Assembly (NCBI RefSeq): GCF_964213995.1
Contig: NC_135830.1
Span: forward strand, 13,206,001 to 13,270,000
Source of the DNA: Mustelus asterias
Lineage: Eukaryota
DNA: 64,000 nt
Direction of reading: 5' to 3'
The notes beneath the pieces were generated by a model. That model was not told where the DNA came from, did no database searches, and saw only the letters and a list, made by a program, of their open reading frames with translations. Made by a program: the position numbers and the translations under genes. Shown one piece after another: positions 49,041-62,024 of this stretch. Position 1 is the first letter of the stretch. The number at the start of each line of letters is the position of its first letter.

Positions 49041-50674
49041 ATTCCTCCTGAGACCTGAGCCATCATAGCGAACATTGTACAGCTAACCCATTTCCCTTCG
49101 GATGATGCTTCGACGAATTTGAACGAATTGGGAACAGGAAAAGTTGTTGACCCTGGCAATTGGCCAGTGTGAGAGCTGTCGACCTGCACAGCAGATCAAG
49201 TCACTCCTTAAGGCTACCTGCTAAGTTGCTGTGAAATAAAAGTGATGAAACCTCATACATAAAGTCAACCATCAACATGTATTAAGGATAAATGGAAAGT
49301 TGAATCCGTGGGACATTGAGAGAAGCCGATATTACATCTCAAATATTATACAGCCGTTAGAAGCTAATGCAAAGATAGAACTTTTGCATTAAAGAACGAC
49401 ACAGAAATGGCGTTACCAACGATCATTAAATAAAACAGTATGATATTTCACAGACTTATAATACCGATTCAAAACTGTCTCCATTGAAACAGCACTCGCA
49501 GATAGTTCCATAATAAATTCACCCTGAGAGGACATGGCGGAAATGATATTTTGATTCATTGTTTAGCACTGGGATGTTACATTTGATAAGAACATTACTT
49601 TGATTCTCAGAGTTTACAGACATCACTTTTTGGAACATCATAATCATAACGGGACATCTAAATGCATTATCCAATCAGCAGTAGGATATCTATTGAACCC
49701 CTGATGCCCTGTGAACTCATGGGTACATCAGACCGATTATATCGTATAACACAATGGATTGTTTACAGGCCTAGTAACAGTTCAAATTTTGATCACTACT
49801 TCTAATCCACAGCTAATGTGGAATCACAATACATCACAACAGCCATAAATGCGGGATCAGAATAATACAATCGATCAGATTCCATATTCGCTTTTCATTG
49901 TCCTGACATGTTACATTGTTCACTTAAGCTCTTCCAGTCCCTTTATTGCTCCATAGTCGGTAGGCAATACAAGCCGAAACCATCGCCTGGTGAGTTGCTG
50001 CATTAACACAGTCCTCCCGTTAGTCACTTATGCCTTCGACCTGAGTAATCACATTCCTCTCTGCTCCCAAATAAGTGTGGAATTAACAGATAGTCAAACC
50101 ATATATTGTTAAAAATATATTTCTGAGCTATTTAAAGTATTGCTGGCATGGCAGAGAAACAACAGATAATTGGAAATATAAATTCAACTCGTTCTTTCTC
50201 AACTGGACATTTAAAATAATATGAATCGGGTAATCAAGGTGAGTCAGAAAATTGCCAGGCGATTTTCACATGCAGTGTGAATGGTGAGAAGCGAATAGGC
50301 CTGAAGCTTAACCCAGACTTCAATAATTCACAAATCAAATTATGAATTTAGCAACTCGTTTTTGAGAGGTAGCAACACAATGAAGGCCCGCATTGATGTT
50401 GTTGTCATGGGAACAGCCTAGAAGAAGGATAACCCAGACTCAAAACGTTTCCTCTATTCTTTCTCAACAGATGCTGGCAGACCAGACCAGTTAAATTGGT
50501 CCATCATTTCTTGCTTTCCTCCAGACTTCAATATCTTTAATCCCGGAAAAGCAACTGAAATAATCATCCCGAACAATGGTGACGATATCAAGAAAACTGA
50601 CTGCATGCATGAAGATGGATCCAAATATTAATTGGACTGCCACTTTTGCATAAACCGTTGAAACAGCGCTAAAT

Positions 50675-51143
50675 AAGAAGTGCAGAGGAGATTTACGAGA
50701 ATGCTGACTGGTTTGGAGGGTAGGTCTTATGAGGAAAGGTTGAGGGAGCTAGGGCTGTTCTCTCTGGAGCGGAGGAGGCTGAGGGGAGACTTAATAGAGG
50801 TTTATAAAATAATGAAGGGGATAGATAGAGTGAACGTTCAAAGACTATTTCCTCGGGTGGATGGAGCTATTACAAGGGGGCATAACTATAGGGTTCGTGG
50901 TGGGAGATACAGGAAGGATATCAGAGGTAGGTTCTTTACGCAGAGAGTGGTTGGGGTGTGGAATGGACTGCCTGCAGTGATAGTGGAGTCAGACACTTTA
51001 GGAACATTTAAGCGGTTATTGGATAGGCACATGGAGCACACCAGGATGATAGGGAGTGGGATAGCTTGATCTTGGTTTCAGATAAAGCTCGGCACAACAT
51101 CGTGGGCCGAAGGGCCTGTTCTGTGCTGTACTGTACTGTTCTA
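50675..51143 (+). mobile_element. CR1 LINE 3' end
   Basis: ORF 50680-51069; same subfamily as 30042-31425. Confidence 0.95.
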
Positions 51144-51469
51144 TAAATTCACCCTGAGAGGACATAACTTGAATGATATTTTGATTCATTGTTTCGCACT
51201 GGGATGGTACATTTGATAAGAACATTACTTTGATTCTCAGAGTTTACAGACATCACTTGTTGGAACGTCATCATCATACCGGGACATCTAAATGCATTAT
51301 CCAATCAGCTGTAGAATATCTATTGAATGCCTGATGCCCTGTGAACTCATGGGTACATCAGACCGGTTATCTCATATTATCCCTGCTCGAAATCAAGTTA
51401 TAAAAAGAACAAGGAACAAAATGTCTCTTCGTTTGTAGGATATGATTTGTCCTCACCTCATTGAGTCTT

Positions 51470-51730
51470 TAGATGTATGGACTGCTCAACACTCGCAGAA
51501 GTAGTGTGCTGTTCCAGTCCATCTTTACTATGACTGATAGAGCACAACACGAATTGGCCAAATGGTTTTGCGAGGAGCTCCAAACAGATCTGAGCAAGTT
51601 TACCACAAACACACTGAAGGATCCATCAACATTTCCAACATCTCACAGCACCTGCATATCGATAGCAATTCTGTGTTCATGCATCGATCAATATGGTCAG
51701 CTTGTTCACAAATGTACCACTCAAGGGAGT
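51470..51730 (+). mobile_element. Penelope-like RT fragment
   Basis: YGL...AQHELAKW...LKD and VSLFTNVPL motifs. Confidence 0.7.
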
Positions 51731-52578
51731 CAAAAACTTTTGCTGACATGGTGGTCTAATGAATCTTCATTAATTGAAATTAAGAATGTAGCAAATCGTT
51801 TGTGTGAGGTAGGGACACAATTGAGGCCTGAATAGATGGTGTTGCCAAGGATCATTCCAGGCTCAGCTCCTGCAAAAATCTTTATCAGTTTAAATCTCCA
51901 CCCATCAGAGTCTACTTGCCAACCAATCAACTCTATCTTCTCAAATAACCTGAAATATTGTTCTCGTGTAAGAGTTGGTCATTTCTTTAAAGGTCTCTTC
52001 CAATGCGTAAGTCTAAAAAAAAGGTAAAACGTTTCCTTTTCAGCAATAATCGGGAAATGAAATAATAATTTCACTGGAACAGTGTTTTAGTTCCAGTTCT
52101 ATCCTGCTACATAGATTCCATAATGAGGAAGCAGAGCAGGAAAATGTGAAGTGCATTGGAAATTGCTGCATATATCTGAGTTTAATTGCGGTATATCTGC
52201 CAGCGCTACTTTTCACGGATCAGCAACATTAACAACATACAGCAAGGTTCAAAAGCCTCTTACTATACATTTTCCTGGTTCCTACTGTGATTCAGTCTGG
52301 AAAGCAATCTGCGTCTTCCCATGAAAGGGAACTGAAGGTTGAATATATTTTCAATGATTATCTCCACATTTATTCAAATCTAAAGCAAAATAACTGCAGC
52401 CATGTATGTTGGCTGTTTCAAACTATTTGTGGAGCTGCGACCATTGAGCCTGCTAGAGATCAAATATTATATGAACTGCTCCCAGGGCATTAGCAGATAC
52501 AGGCTATTAAGGTTACACAGAATGCTGTCCATAACTGCATTTCATGGACCGGGTGATAAATGCAGTGAAATAACTCAC

Positions 52579-52675
52579 CAGTGACACCAACGGCAGCGAG
52601 GAGTGGATAGTAAATTTTTTGGATATCGTAAAGTACCCATTGAATACGAAGATCAAGTGGAATAATCCATAACAT
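52579..52675 (-). CDS. GPR139-like GPCR, coding exon 1
   Basis: accATG MLWIIPLDLRIQWVLYDIQKIYYPLLAAVGVT-G|GTGAGT; the phase-1 join to exon 2 (G+TG=Val) gives 334 aa. Confidence 0.9.
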
Positions 52676-52764
52676 GGTGAGAGTGCCTTTGAGATTCAAT
52701 GATCACTCTTTCTACTGGTAACTGCGCTCACTGAAATATTACAACACACGATGAAATCATTCCC

Positions 52765-52772
52765 TATTTATA
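52765..52772 (-). promoter_or_regulatory. TATA box of the GPR139-like gene
   Basis: TATAAATA ~90 nt upstream of the ATG on the minus strand. Confidence 0.55.
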
Positions 52773-53461
52773 GAGTGAGGAATGTCCCCAGCGAAACAAT
52801 TAAACTAAGTGCTGACTGAAATTAATCACAATCGCTAATACACGAGATAATTCAGCATTTCTTGCGAAATACATGTTTATTGAAAATGCTTTGCACTCAT
52901 GTTGGACGATTGCGCCAATGCCATATGAATCTGAACAATCTTTTGAAATGAAGAATATTGAATCGCACAGTTACTGATCTGAAGTGAAATAAAATCAGAA
53001 CTATTATCCTTGTTGATAAATGTCAGTCTACAATTTCAAAATTTCATTCCGTATATAAGTGTGAATTTACTAGAGATTGTGGAAATAATGTTGATCTATC
53101 AGTTGATACATGAGACATGCCAGAGGCAGGATGATTGCAAATATTACACTGCTGCTATTCAGCAAACTCGAGACATAAACTCTCGAAATCAAGGCACTGA
53201 ACCTCACATTCATCCTTGTTTTCAGGAGACTTCTTCGAAAGTAAACTAGGTCACCTCTCCAACCTGCTTTGCAAACACATCTCAATATTCTTTGTATTAT
53301 TGGTGATCAATGGGAAAGTGCCATGGATACCAGACTCAGCATCAAATCTTCTAAACCATACATTTCTCCTTTCAGTGAGTGTGGAAGCAATTCTATCGAT
53401 CCAGAGATATTTTCGACAGCAGATTTAAGTGGGTATCATTTGACTCTCCACTGTCGATCCG

Positions 53462-53755
53462 TTTATTATTTAACGTTTATTGATTCGTCACAAGTCGGCT
53501 TACATTAACACCGCAACGAAGTTACTGTGAAAATCCCAGAGACACCACATTGTGACGCCTGTTCGGGAACAGTGTGGGAGAGTTTAGCATGGCCAATGCA
53601 CCTAACCAGCACGTCTTTCGGACTGTGGGAGGAAACCAGAGCATCCAGACGAAAACAACCCTGACATGGGGTGAACCTGCAGACTCTGCACAGACAGTGA
53701 CCCAAGCCAGGAATCGAAACCGGGTCCCTGGCTCAATGAGGCATCAATGCTAAAT
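53462..53755 (-). mobile_element. SINE with 'B' tail
   Basis: gtcacaagtcggcttacattaacac tail; cagacagtgacccaagcc head region. Confidence 0.88.
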
Positions 53756-53869
53756 ATCAGTCAAGCCTGCTTGTCTTCCGAGTAAACAAACGTCAGCAAC
53801 TTGTTTAACCGTTATCGCAATCCTAATACATTCTTAACGCTACGTCAGTTTTGCTGGACAGTGATGAAA

Positions 53870-54870
53870 CCTGGGTTAATGCCAGGAATGGATGGGTCGT
53901 GTTACAACAAGATATTGCATAGTTTAGGCTTACATTCACCAGAGTTTAAAAGAGGAAGAGGCAACTTGATTGAAACTTTTAAGATTCTGAGAGTTCTTAA
54001 TAGTGATGTGCAGCCAATGTTTCCGTTTGTAGGAGCATATAGAACTAAAGATTGCAGTTACATAATGAGTACTCGTTCATGTAAGACAGAAATGAGAATT
54101 TATTATTTTTCTCAGAAATTCGTGAGTCTTTGCAACTCTTCCTCAGAAGGCATTGGAAGCAGAGTCTTAGTTTTTTTTTAATGCTGAGCTCCATAGTTCA
54201 TTGATTAAAAAGTACTGAAAGGTTATGTAAGGCAGGGAGGGATGTGGCATCCAATATATTATCAAATCAGCTGCGGCCTTATTGAATGGTGGAGCAGGCT
54301 CGAAGAGCCGAGTAGCCTATCATTTCTCCTAATACGCTATGTCCCTCGGTTCAAAATTCCACAATAACATAATGTCATTTTATCAATTCAATCAATCTAT
54401 CTCGTATAAATAAAAACGAATCAATGCTTACAAGTGACATCAGTCAATGAAGCATTGTAAAATGTGAGGAGAATCAACACAGAGCTTCAGAACTGCAAAG
54501 ACTAGTGGCTGGAATGGGCGGACAGTTGGAACAATGATTGAATAATTATTTTGTTCAGTGACAGTTCTCCAGATCCCTGTGACCCACAGTGGGGACAACC
54601 TCAGGCTCAAGGGACAATCCTTTAAAACAAAGATGAGGAGGAATTTTCGCAGCCAGAGAGTGGTGAATCTGTGGAACTCTTTGCCGCAGAAGGCTGTGGA
54701 GGCCAGGTGATTGAGTGTCTTTAAGACAGAGATAGATAGATTTTTGATTCATAAGGGGATCAGGGGTTATGGGGAAAAGGCAGGAGAATGGGGATGAGAA
54801 AAAAATCAGTCATGATTCAATGGTGGAGCAGATCGATGGGCCGAGTGGCCTAATTCTCTCCGATATCTAT
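53870..54870 (+). mobile_element. Two older CR1 3' fragments (~53870-54340, ~54590-54870)
   Basis: RGNLIETFKIL and SQRVVNLWNSLP-like translations. Confidence 0.75.
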
Positions 54871-56864
54871 GGACTAGCCACCTCCCCCAGATAGGTGGAA
54901 ATTTATGATTATGAACATTGAATTCTTTAGATAATTCCTGTCATATAATCCCTCTATATGTTTTTGATCTGTTCAGTTCTTCCAAGCCGGGCGGAGATTG
55001 AAGAATAACACTGCTCCATAAGTGTTAACACAATTATTGAAAACTTCCTGAGCCATCTGAGATTTATTGATCATATGATCACTGTTTGAAGTCTTAATCA
55101 ATTTGTTAAGAAAATATTTATATTGCACTTTCAATGTTCTCATCCAAACATTATATCTACAGTATGCAGTGCGTTGGTTGTGAAGGTTCAGCTGTCAAAA
55201 AATAATCCAAATTGTGGATAATATTCTTTGTGGACGGACATTACGACATTGACCAACACGTCCACACCTTCATCAAGGCCTCTCTCTCCCTTTCTGGCCT
55301 CTGGTTCTATTCTATCTCTGCAGTGACCAATTCTCCGTCCCGATATCACGACACGTTCTCCACCCCATGCATTTACTTCATTCATCCTTCTGTCCGCAAA
55401 AGCCATTTCACTCATTCTGCATTCACAGTTTCATCCCACGCTTAACTGTGGATGAGCCTTCTGAAAGCATCGGTGAATTCGGCAGCGTTTGTAATATTTT
55501 GTTTCGGGTGACCTTGATGATGTTCATCCTAAGGAAGGAAATGCTGAATTGTGACTGTTCAGATTGGACCGGACATCATTGAGATACCACAGCATTTTTC
55601 ATTCAGGGACAGCGGCTGGTGATCTGCAGAACTCGGTTTCCGTCACGAACTGAAGGAAATACTGGAATAATTGTGGCTCAAGCTGCTAAATGCAAGTTTG
55701 GGCTTTGATGGATTGGGCAGGGTGAAGTGTGACAGTCAGTTACACTCGGAGGAAAGGTCTAATTAGGGCTCATTGTGGGTCAGTCCTATATAGAGGGTGG
55801 TTAGGTGGGTTACTGCAACTAGGTTTCGGACAGAGAACTTTGGAATGGGGCCCTGTGGTTAACCATGGGATAAAGAAGTGTTAGATGCGGTATTGCAATT
55901 TTGCCTGGGGAAGGGACATTTGGTTTGGGTCAGTATTTATTGGCCTGGGACAGGACTGTTGAAATTGGAATGCTTACTTTATCTCCGGACAGGGGCTACT
56001 AAGGTGATTCAGTGTGGTGCGTTCAGGGCGAGGGACCGATGATGTGAGCAAGTCTAATTGAGTCAAGGGCCGAGGCAATTCAAGGGGCTGTGTGTTATCA
56101 TCTAGTTCGGGGAGCGACGAGGTGGCAAAATGTGGGTCTATAATTGACAGAAATATGTGAGGTTGGATAGTAGGTTTCGGTGTCAGGATGGGATTGGTGA
56201 GATGGGACAGTGTGGTTCTGTCTAGAAAAATGTGTCGTATTGTGAGACAGGCTGGTTAAATCGGGGACAGCGACATATCAGGTGAAACATTATGGATCAG
56301 ATTGGGAAAGGGACTGATGAGACGGGACAATGTTTATAAAACCAGGCCAGCTTCCCATGGGGTATTTCACATTGTGAAATGGAACAGACAGTTGGAGTAA
56401 TGTGATTGATTCTAGAGCATTAACCAATGAATTGGGACAGTTTGGCATTGACTGGTGAAGGTTTACAGTGTGGTGTATTTTGGGGCAGGGTAAGTGGAGT
56501 TCCGCTGGTGAAACTTGGACTAGTGCAAGGCCTGGTGATGAGTTACCGTGTGATTCAGTGTGAGACAGGGAAGGACACTGTCAATGAATATCACCGTGTA
56601 ATCTGCGAAGTGTGACATTATTGTTCAGTCCGGGATAGGGGCTGATAAATTGGGGCAGTGACGTTCAATCTGGGAATAGGAGAGATTTGCAGTGGGTGGA
56701 TATTTGACGGAGGGTAGAGCTTTACAGGGGAGAGTTTTGCAGTCGGTCAGTTTTCATGCCCAAATGCTTTCTCCTGAGACGGTACATTGAAACCCTGTCT
56801 TCACAATAAGAATGTATTGACTGCAAATCATGACATCTGAACTTTTAAAACAGGAGTTTTAACA

Positions 56865-58834
56865 GGTGAATAAGAAAAGAGAGGCGTACAGAAGGTTCAG
56901 AGAGCTAGGAGGTGTTAAGGATTTAGAGGAGTATACGGGATGTAGGAAGGAGCTTAAGAAGCAAATTAGGAGAGCGAGAAGGGGTCATGAGAAGACGTTG
57001 GCGGGTAAGATTAAGGAGAATCCCAAGGCTTTCTACAAATATGTCAAGAGTAAAAAGATGAGATGTGAAGGCATAGGACCCTTAAAAGGTGAAGGGGGAA
57101 ATGTTTGTGCGGAACCGTTAGAAATGGCGGAGGTGCTTAATGAATACTTTACCTCGGTATTCACGGTGGAAAGGGATCTGGGTGGTTGTACTGCTGGTTT
57201 GCGGTGGACAGAAAGGATCGAGCATGTGGACATAAAGAAAGAGGATGTGTTGGAACTATTGAATGGCATCAAGGTTGGTAAGTCGCCGGGACCGGATGGG
57301 ATGTACCCCAGGTTACTGTGGGAGGCGAGGGAGGAGATTGCGGAGCCTTTGGCGATGATCTTCGCATCGTCGATGGAGACGGGAGAGGTTCCGGAGGATT
57401 GGAGAATTGCAGATGTGGTCCCTATATTCAAGAAAGGGAACAGGGACAGCCCGGGAAATTACCGACCGGTGAGTCTAACCTCAGTGGTTGGTACGTTGAT
57501 GGAGAGGATCCTGAGAGACAGGATTTATGATCATCTAGAGAAGTTTAGTATGATCAAAAGTAGTCAGCACGGCTTTGTCAAGGGCAGATCGTGCCTTACG
57601 AGCCTGGTTGAGTTCTTTGAAAATGTGACCAAACACATTGACGAAGGAAGAGCGGTGGATGTGGTCTATATGGACTTCAGCAAGGCGTTCGATAAGGTCC
57701 CCCATGCAAGACTTCTTGAGAAAGTGAGAGGGCATGGGATCCAAGGGGCTGTTGCCTTGTGGATCCAGAACTGGCTTGCCTGCAGAAGGCAGAGAGTGGC
57801 TGTGGAGGGGTCTTTCTCTGCATGGAGGTCAGTGACCAGTGGAGTGCCCCAGGGATCTGTTCTGGGACCCTTGCTGTTTGTCATTTTCATAAATGACCTG
57901 GATGAGGAAGTGGAGGGATGGGTTGGTAAGTTTGCTGACGACACCAAGGTAGGTGGTGTTGTGGATAGTTTGGAGGGATGTCAGAAGTTGCATCGAGACA
58001 TAGATAGAATGCAAGACTGGGCGGAGAAGTGGCAGATGGACTTCAACCCGGATAAGTGTGTAGTGATCCATTTTGGCAGATCCAATGGGATGAAGCAGCA
58101 GTATAATATGAAGGGTACCATTCTTAGCAGTGCAGAGGATCAGAAGGACCTTGGGGTCCGGGTCCATAGGACTCTTAAATCGGCCTCGCAGGTGGAGGAT
58201 GCGGTCAAGAAGGCGTATGGCGTACTAGCTTTCATTAATCGAGGGATTGAGTTTAGGAGTCGGGAGATAATGCTGCAGCTTTATAGGACCCTGGTTAGAC
58301 CCCACTTGGAGTACTGCGCGCAGTTCTGGTCACCTCATTACAGGAAAGATGTTGAAGCCATTGAAAGGGTGCAGAGGAGATTTACAAGGATGTTGCCTGG
58401 ATTGGGGGGCATGCCTTATGAGGATAGGTTGAGGGAGCTTGGTCTCTTCTCCCTGGAGAGACGAAGGATGAGAGGTGACCTGATAGAGGTTTACAAGATG
58501 TTGAGAGGTCTGGATAGGGTAGACTCTCAGAGGCTATTTCCAAGGGCTGAAATGGTTGCTACGAGAGGACACAGGTTTAAGGTGCTGGGGGGTAGGTACA
58601 GAGGAGATGTCAGGGGTAAGTTTTTCACTCAGAGGGTGGTGGGTGAGTGGAATCGGCTGACGTCGGTGGTGGTGGAGGCAAACTCGTTGGGGTCTTTTAA
58701 GAGACTTCTGGATGAGTACATGGGATTTAATGGGATTGAGGGCGATAGATAGGCCTCGAGGTAGGGATATGATCAGCGCAACTTGTGGGCCGAAGGGCCT
58801 GTTTGTGCTGTGGCTTTCTATGTTCTATGTTCTA
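56865..58834 (+). mobile_element. Young 5'-truncated CR1 with an uninterrupted 628-aa ORF2 fragment
   Basis: ORF 56866-58752 has complete RT motifs; (TTCTATG)n tail. Confidence 0.97.
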
Positions 58835-59683
58835 GGTGGGGAAACTACATGAATCCTGTTGCACTGGGGGACTGCGCTGTTGTGTATGTAAACAGGATGA
58901 CTGAGTGAAGCATTTTCCACTTTCAGCTGGTGAGCATTATTTTCACAGAGTTTGTTTTTGTCACTGAATTTCCTGCTGATCTCAATCCCTGTCGTGATGG
59001 GTTTCATATTCACAACATTCTCCAGGTAAATAAATGAAATACTGCAGATCTTGAATATCTGAAATAACAACAACAGAAAACACTGCAAATGCTCAGAAGA
59101 TCTGGTAATGCCTGTGGAGATCGAGAACAAAAAACAATTTCTGATGTTGATCCTCCTCCATTCATGAGTGAAAATATTTTTTTCTTCTTTATCCTGTCAC
59201 CCATCTGACAGGCCACAATCAGATCATGTCAGCCCCCATTCCCCAGAGAAAGCACATTCGGGCTATTGAATCGTTCCTTGATGGCATAGCCTGCCACACT
59301 ATAGTGGACGTGTTTTGATAATGTTTCTGCTCAGTTTTGAACCCTCTGTTGGTGCCCACGACGCGACAGATGTCCTGCGGCGCAAAGCGACCAATTCATT
59401 TTAAAGAACGAAAGGGGAAGGTCTGTGATTGAGTGCAAGGCATGATGAACTCACACAAGGAATGGCAAAGAAAGCAACTTTGAGCTGCCGATGGCAGATC
59501 CCGGGTGGTTTAGTGTTTCAGACTCAATGTTTTCAGGACCATGGCATGGGCTTGATGGCAGGTCACAAATAGGGAACTAAACAGAACATTTTTAATGAGA
59601 AATCTGTTTGTGTGTGACGGACCAGAAGAAAGGCAATAGCTAAAGTAATGATGGTAAGTTGATTGGCGAAGTCATTGTCTGCT

Positions 59684-59755
59684 TCCCTGTTGATCCATTG
59701 GTTAGGATTCGGAACTTTCATCACTGTGGCTTGGGTTCAAGCTCTGGCCAGAGAG
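59684..59755 (+). pseudogene. tRNA-Glu(TTC) pseudogene
   Basis: TCCCTGTTGATCCATTGGTTAGGATTCGGAACTTTCATC...GGGTTCAA. Confidence 0.75.
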
Positions 59756-60000
59756 TAACTATTTTGCGTTGCTGTGTGAACTGACAAATTTAAAGTGAAT
59801 TCCTCATTCAGTTAAACTCGATCTGACAGCATCCACGGAGTGGGAAACAGAGTGAATCTTCCAGCTGGATTATGCTTCATCAGAGCTGGAAAAGTCAGAG
59901 ATAAAATAGCTGGGAAATAAGTCCTTGTCTGTGTTTCGAAGATATTATGAGAGAGTCGATGGGCTAGAAGTTCTATTCCTAACCCGTTGCGTGTTCGAGT

Positions 60001-60083
60001 AGTAGCGTGGCTGAGAAGTCCAGTGCACTAGATTCAGGCTGTAGTTTCGAAAGCAAGCGTGTGTTCACATCCCACCACTGCTC
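60001..60083 (+). pseudogene. tRNA-Leu pseudogene
   Basis: GTAGCGTGGCTGAG...GATTCAGGCT...GCGTGTGTTCACATCCCACCACTGC. Confidence 0.7.
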
Positions 60084-61951
60084 CAAATTTCTTCTCCTTT
60101 GGCTGTTCAGTGATTGGCATCGTGGTAAGAACAAAAACCGATGGTGCGTGCTGATTTTAGGGTGAACTCGTCAGGCCGAATGTTCCTCTTTGTTGCTGTA
60201 ACTATTCTATGATTTCGTATGAGTGACACTAACTCATTAACTCGTTGATGTGCTGTCCAAGTGATTTTGGTAATGGATCTGATATCCATTGTTGTTTTCC
60301 GAGGAAGATTTGAACAGCACCCACTGGGATGCTCAGCTTCCATTTTGTTCGGTACTCCAGAATTCGTTCAATAAAATCAAAAACCTTCTAAATATTCAGG
60401 CCCATTTTTCCTGCTTCAAATCCGCATTCCTTCATTTCTGTTCATCAACGAGAATTTACCAAAACTCCAGCCGGAAATGGATGAAAACTGAATCCAATTT
60501 GGTGACATCCTTGATTTATGGGTGTTTGCGATTCCTCGGGCCTTTGTCACTCTCGGTGTCTGCGTGTGTCCCTCTTTGTCCATCAATATGATTCAGTTTC
60601 CCGAAAGGGTGAACACATTGTTACCATCTGCATTCACTTATTTGATGAATCTTCATGGTAAATGATACAGAAAATCACAAGATGTTTGAAAATTGGGAGA
60701 CAGATTATCACATTCTCTTTTACTTTCGAGTGGATATTGCTCATTGACTCTGTGCCCGTATGTTACACAGTGGAGGATTGTTGAAACTTTCACTGAGTAA
60801 CATTTAAGCAGACTGCGGATTCACTCAGCGTGATGCTGTGTTCCAGTTCTACATATGCAATCATACATTCAACTTATGTCAGTTACTGTTCACCCATTTT
60901 GTCTCATAGTTTGTAATTATCCACGTACTTGGTCCCAGGGATCAATCTAGTGAACATTCCGTGTACCATTTCCAATGAAATGATATCCTTCTTTAAATGT
61001 GGATATTAAAACTGCACAGAATGTTCTACATGTGTTCCCCGCAAAACCTTGTTCACCCTATGTGTTCACTGAGCTATGGAACCAATTGCCATTAAGAGCG
61101 CAGAGTGAGTGCCTCATTATCAGTGAAGTGAGGAACAGGCTGGATTTTCAGGTGGGTGATGTTTGATAGATGTGGTAATGTGAGATGGGGAGCAGAGTTA
61201 AAAGATGCAACTTGATAGCGGCAGAGTGTGTCCGTTACTTTAACTGAAGGATGAATGCCATGGTATCCTTCTTCAGAGCTCAACTCTGAAATTTCCAGCT
61301 CTGGTACAAGTTCATCCAGCTGAAAGATGAACCGTGTTACACCCTTCACAGACACTGTGAGGCCTGTTTTCATTTAATGAAGAAATCAACAAAAAGTTAT
61401 TCACTCCATGGCTGAGAATCAAATCTGCTACATGTCACTGAAGCCATACCACGATACCCCCAAGGAAGCTGATGTGAGATATTGGAAATTAGATGATCAT
61501 CACCACTGTACCTAATATTTCAAGTGAAATAACATTCATGAAAACACTGTTACACTGACATTTTAACATCTTATAAACAATTGCATCAAAATGCGTTATT
61601 TCCGCTTGTGTTCACATTATTTCACTTCCTGGGTCTGAGCAATTTCCATCTTCAAAATGTGCTGTTCAGTTAACCGTTTGTCATCAGTCCCGGGCCCTGG
61701 CGTTGAAACCATTGATTCTCAAGCACTGAACCACCCGGGCTCCATTATCACCTGCTCAATTTTGCCCTGTCTATCATTCCTTGTCTCAGTTATTCCATCC
61801 TTTCTTGTTATTTATCCTAGACGCCCCTTGTGTTCTTTTTTTTGCGGCGTGGTTCCGAACACTATAATCATAAAATGCTGGAAATACTCAGCAGATGAGT
61901 TAATGTTGAGTGACAAACGAGAATAATTCTGAAGTTAAAAGCATTCTGAAA

Positions 61952-62024
61952 AGTCCCTGCCCGGTTTCGACGCTGAAACCTTTAACGTATGAGGAGAATG
62001 TGATAACCGCCACACTCCAGGAAA
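61952..62024 (-). pseudogene. tRNA-Val-like pseudogene
   Basis: gcccggtttcga...gtgataaccgccacact is the reverse complement of the Val T- and D-arms. Confidence 0.65.

Noticed and set aside
59360-59395. AGATGTCC...GCA similarity to 18S rRNA
   Set aside because: Too short and does not extend.
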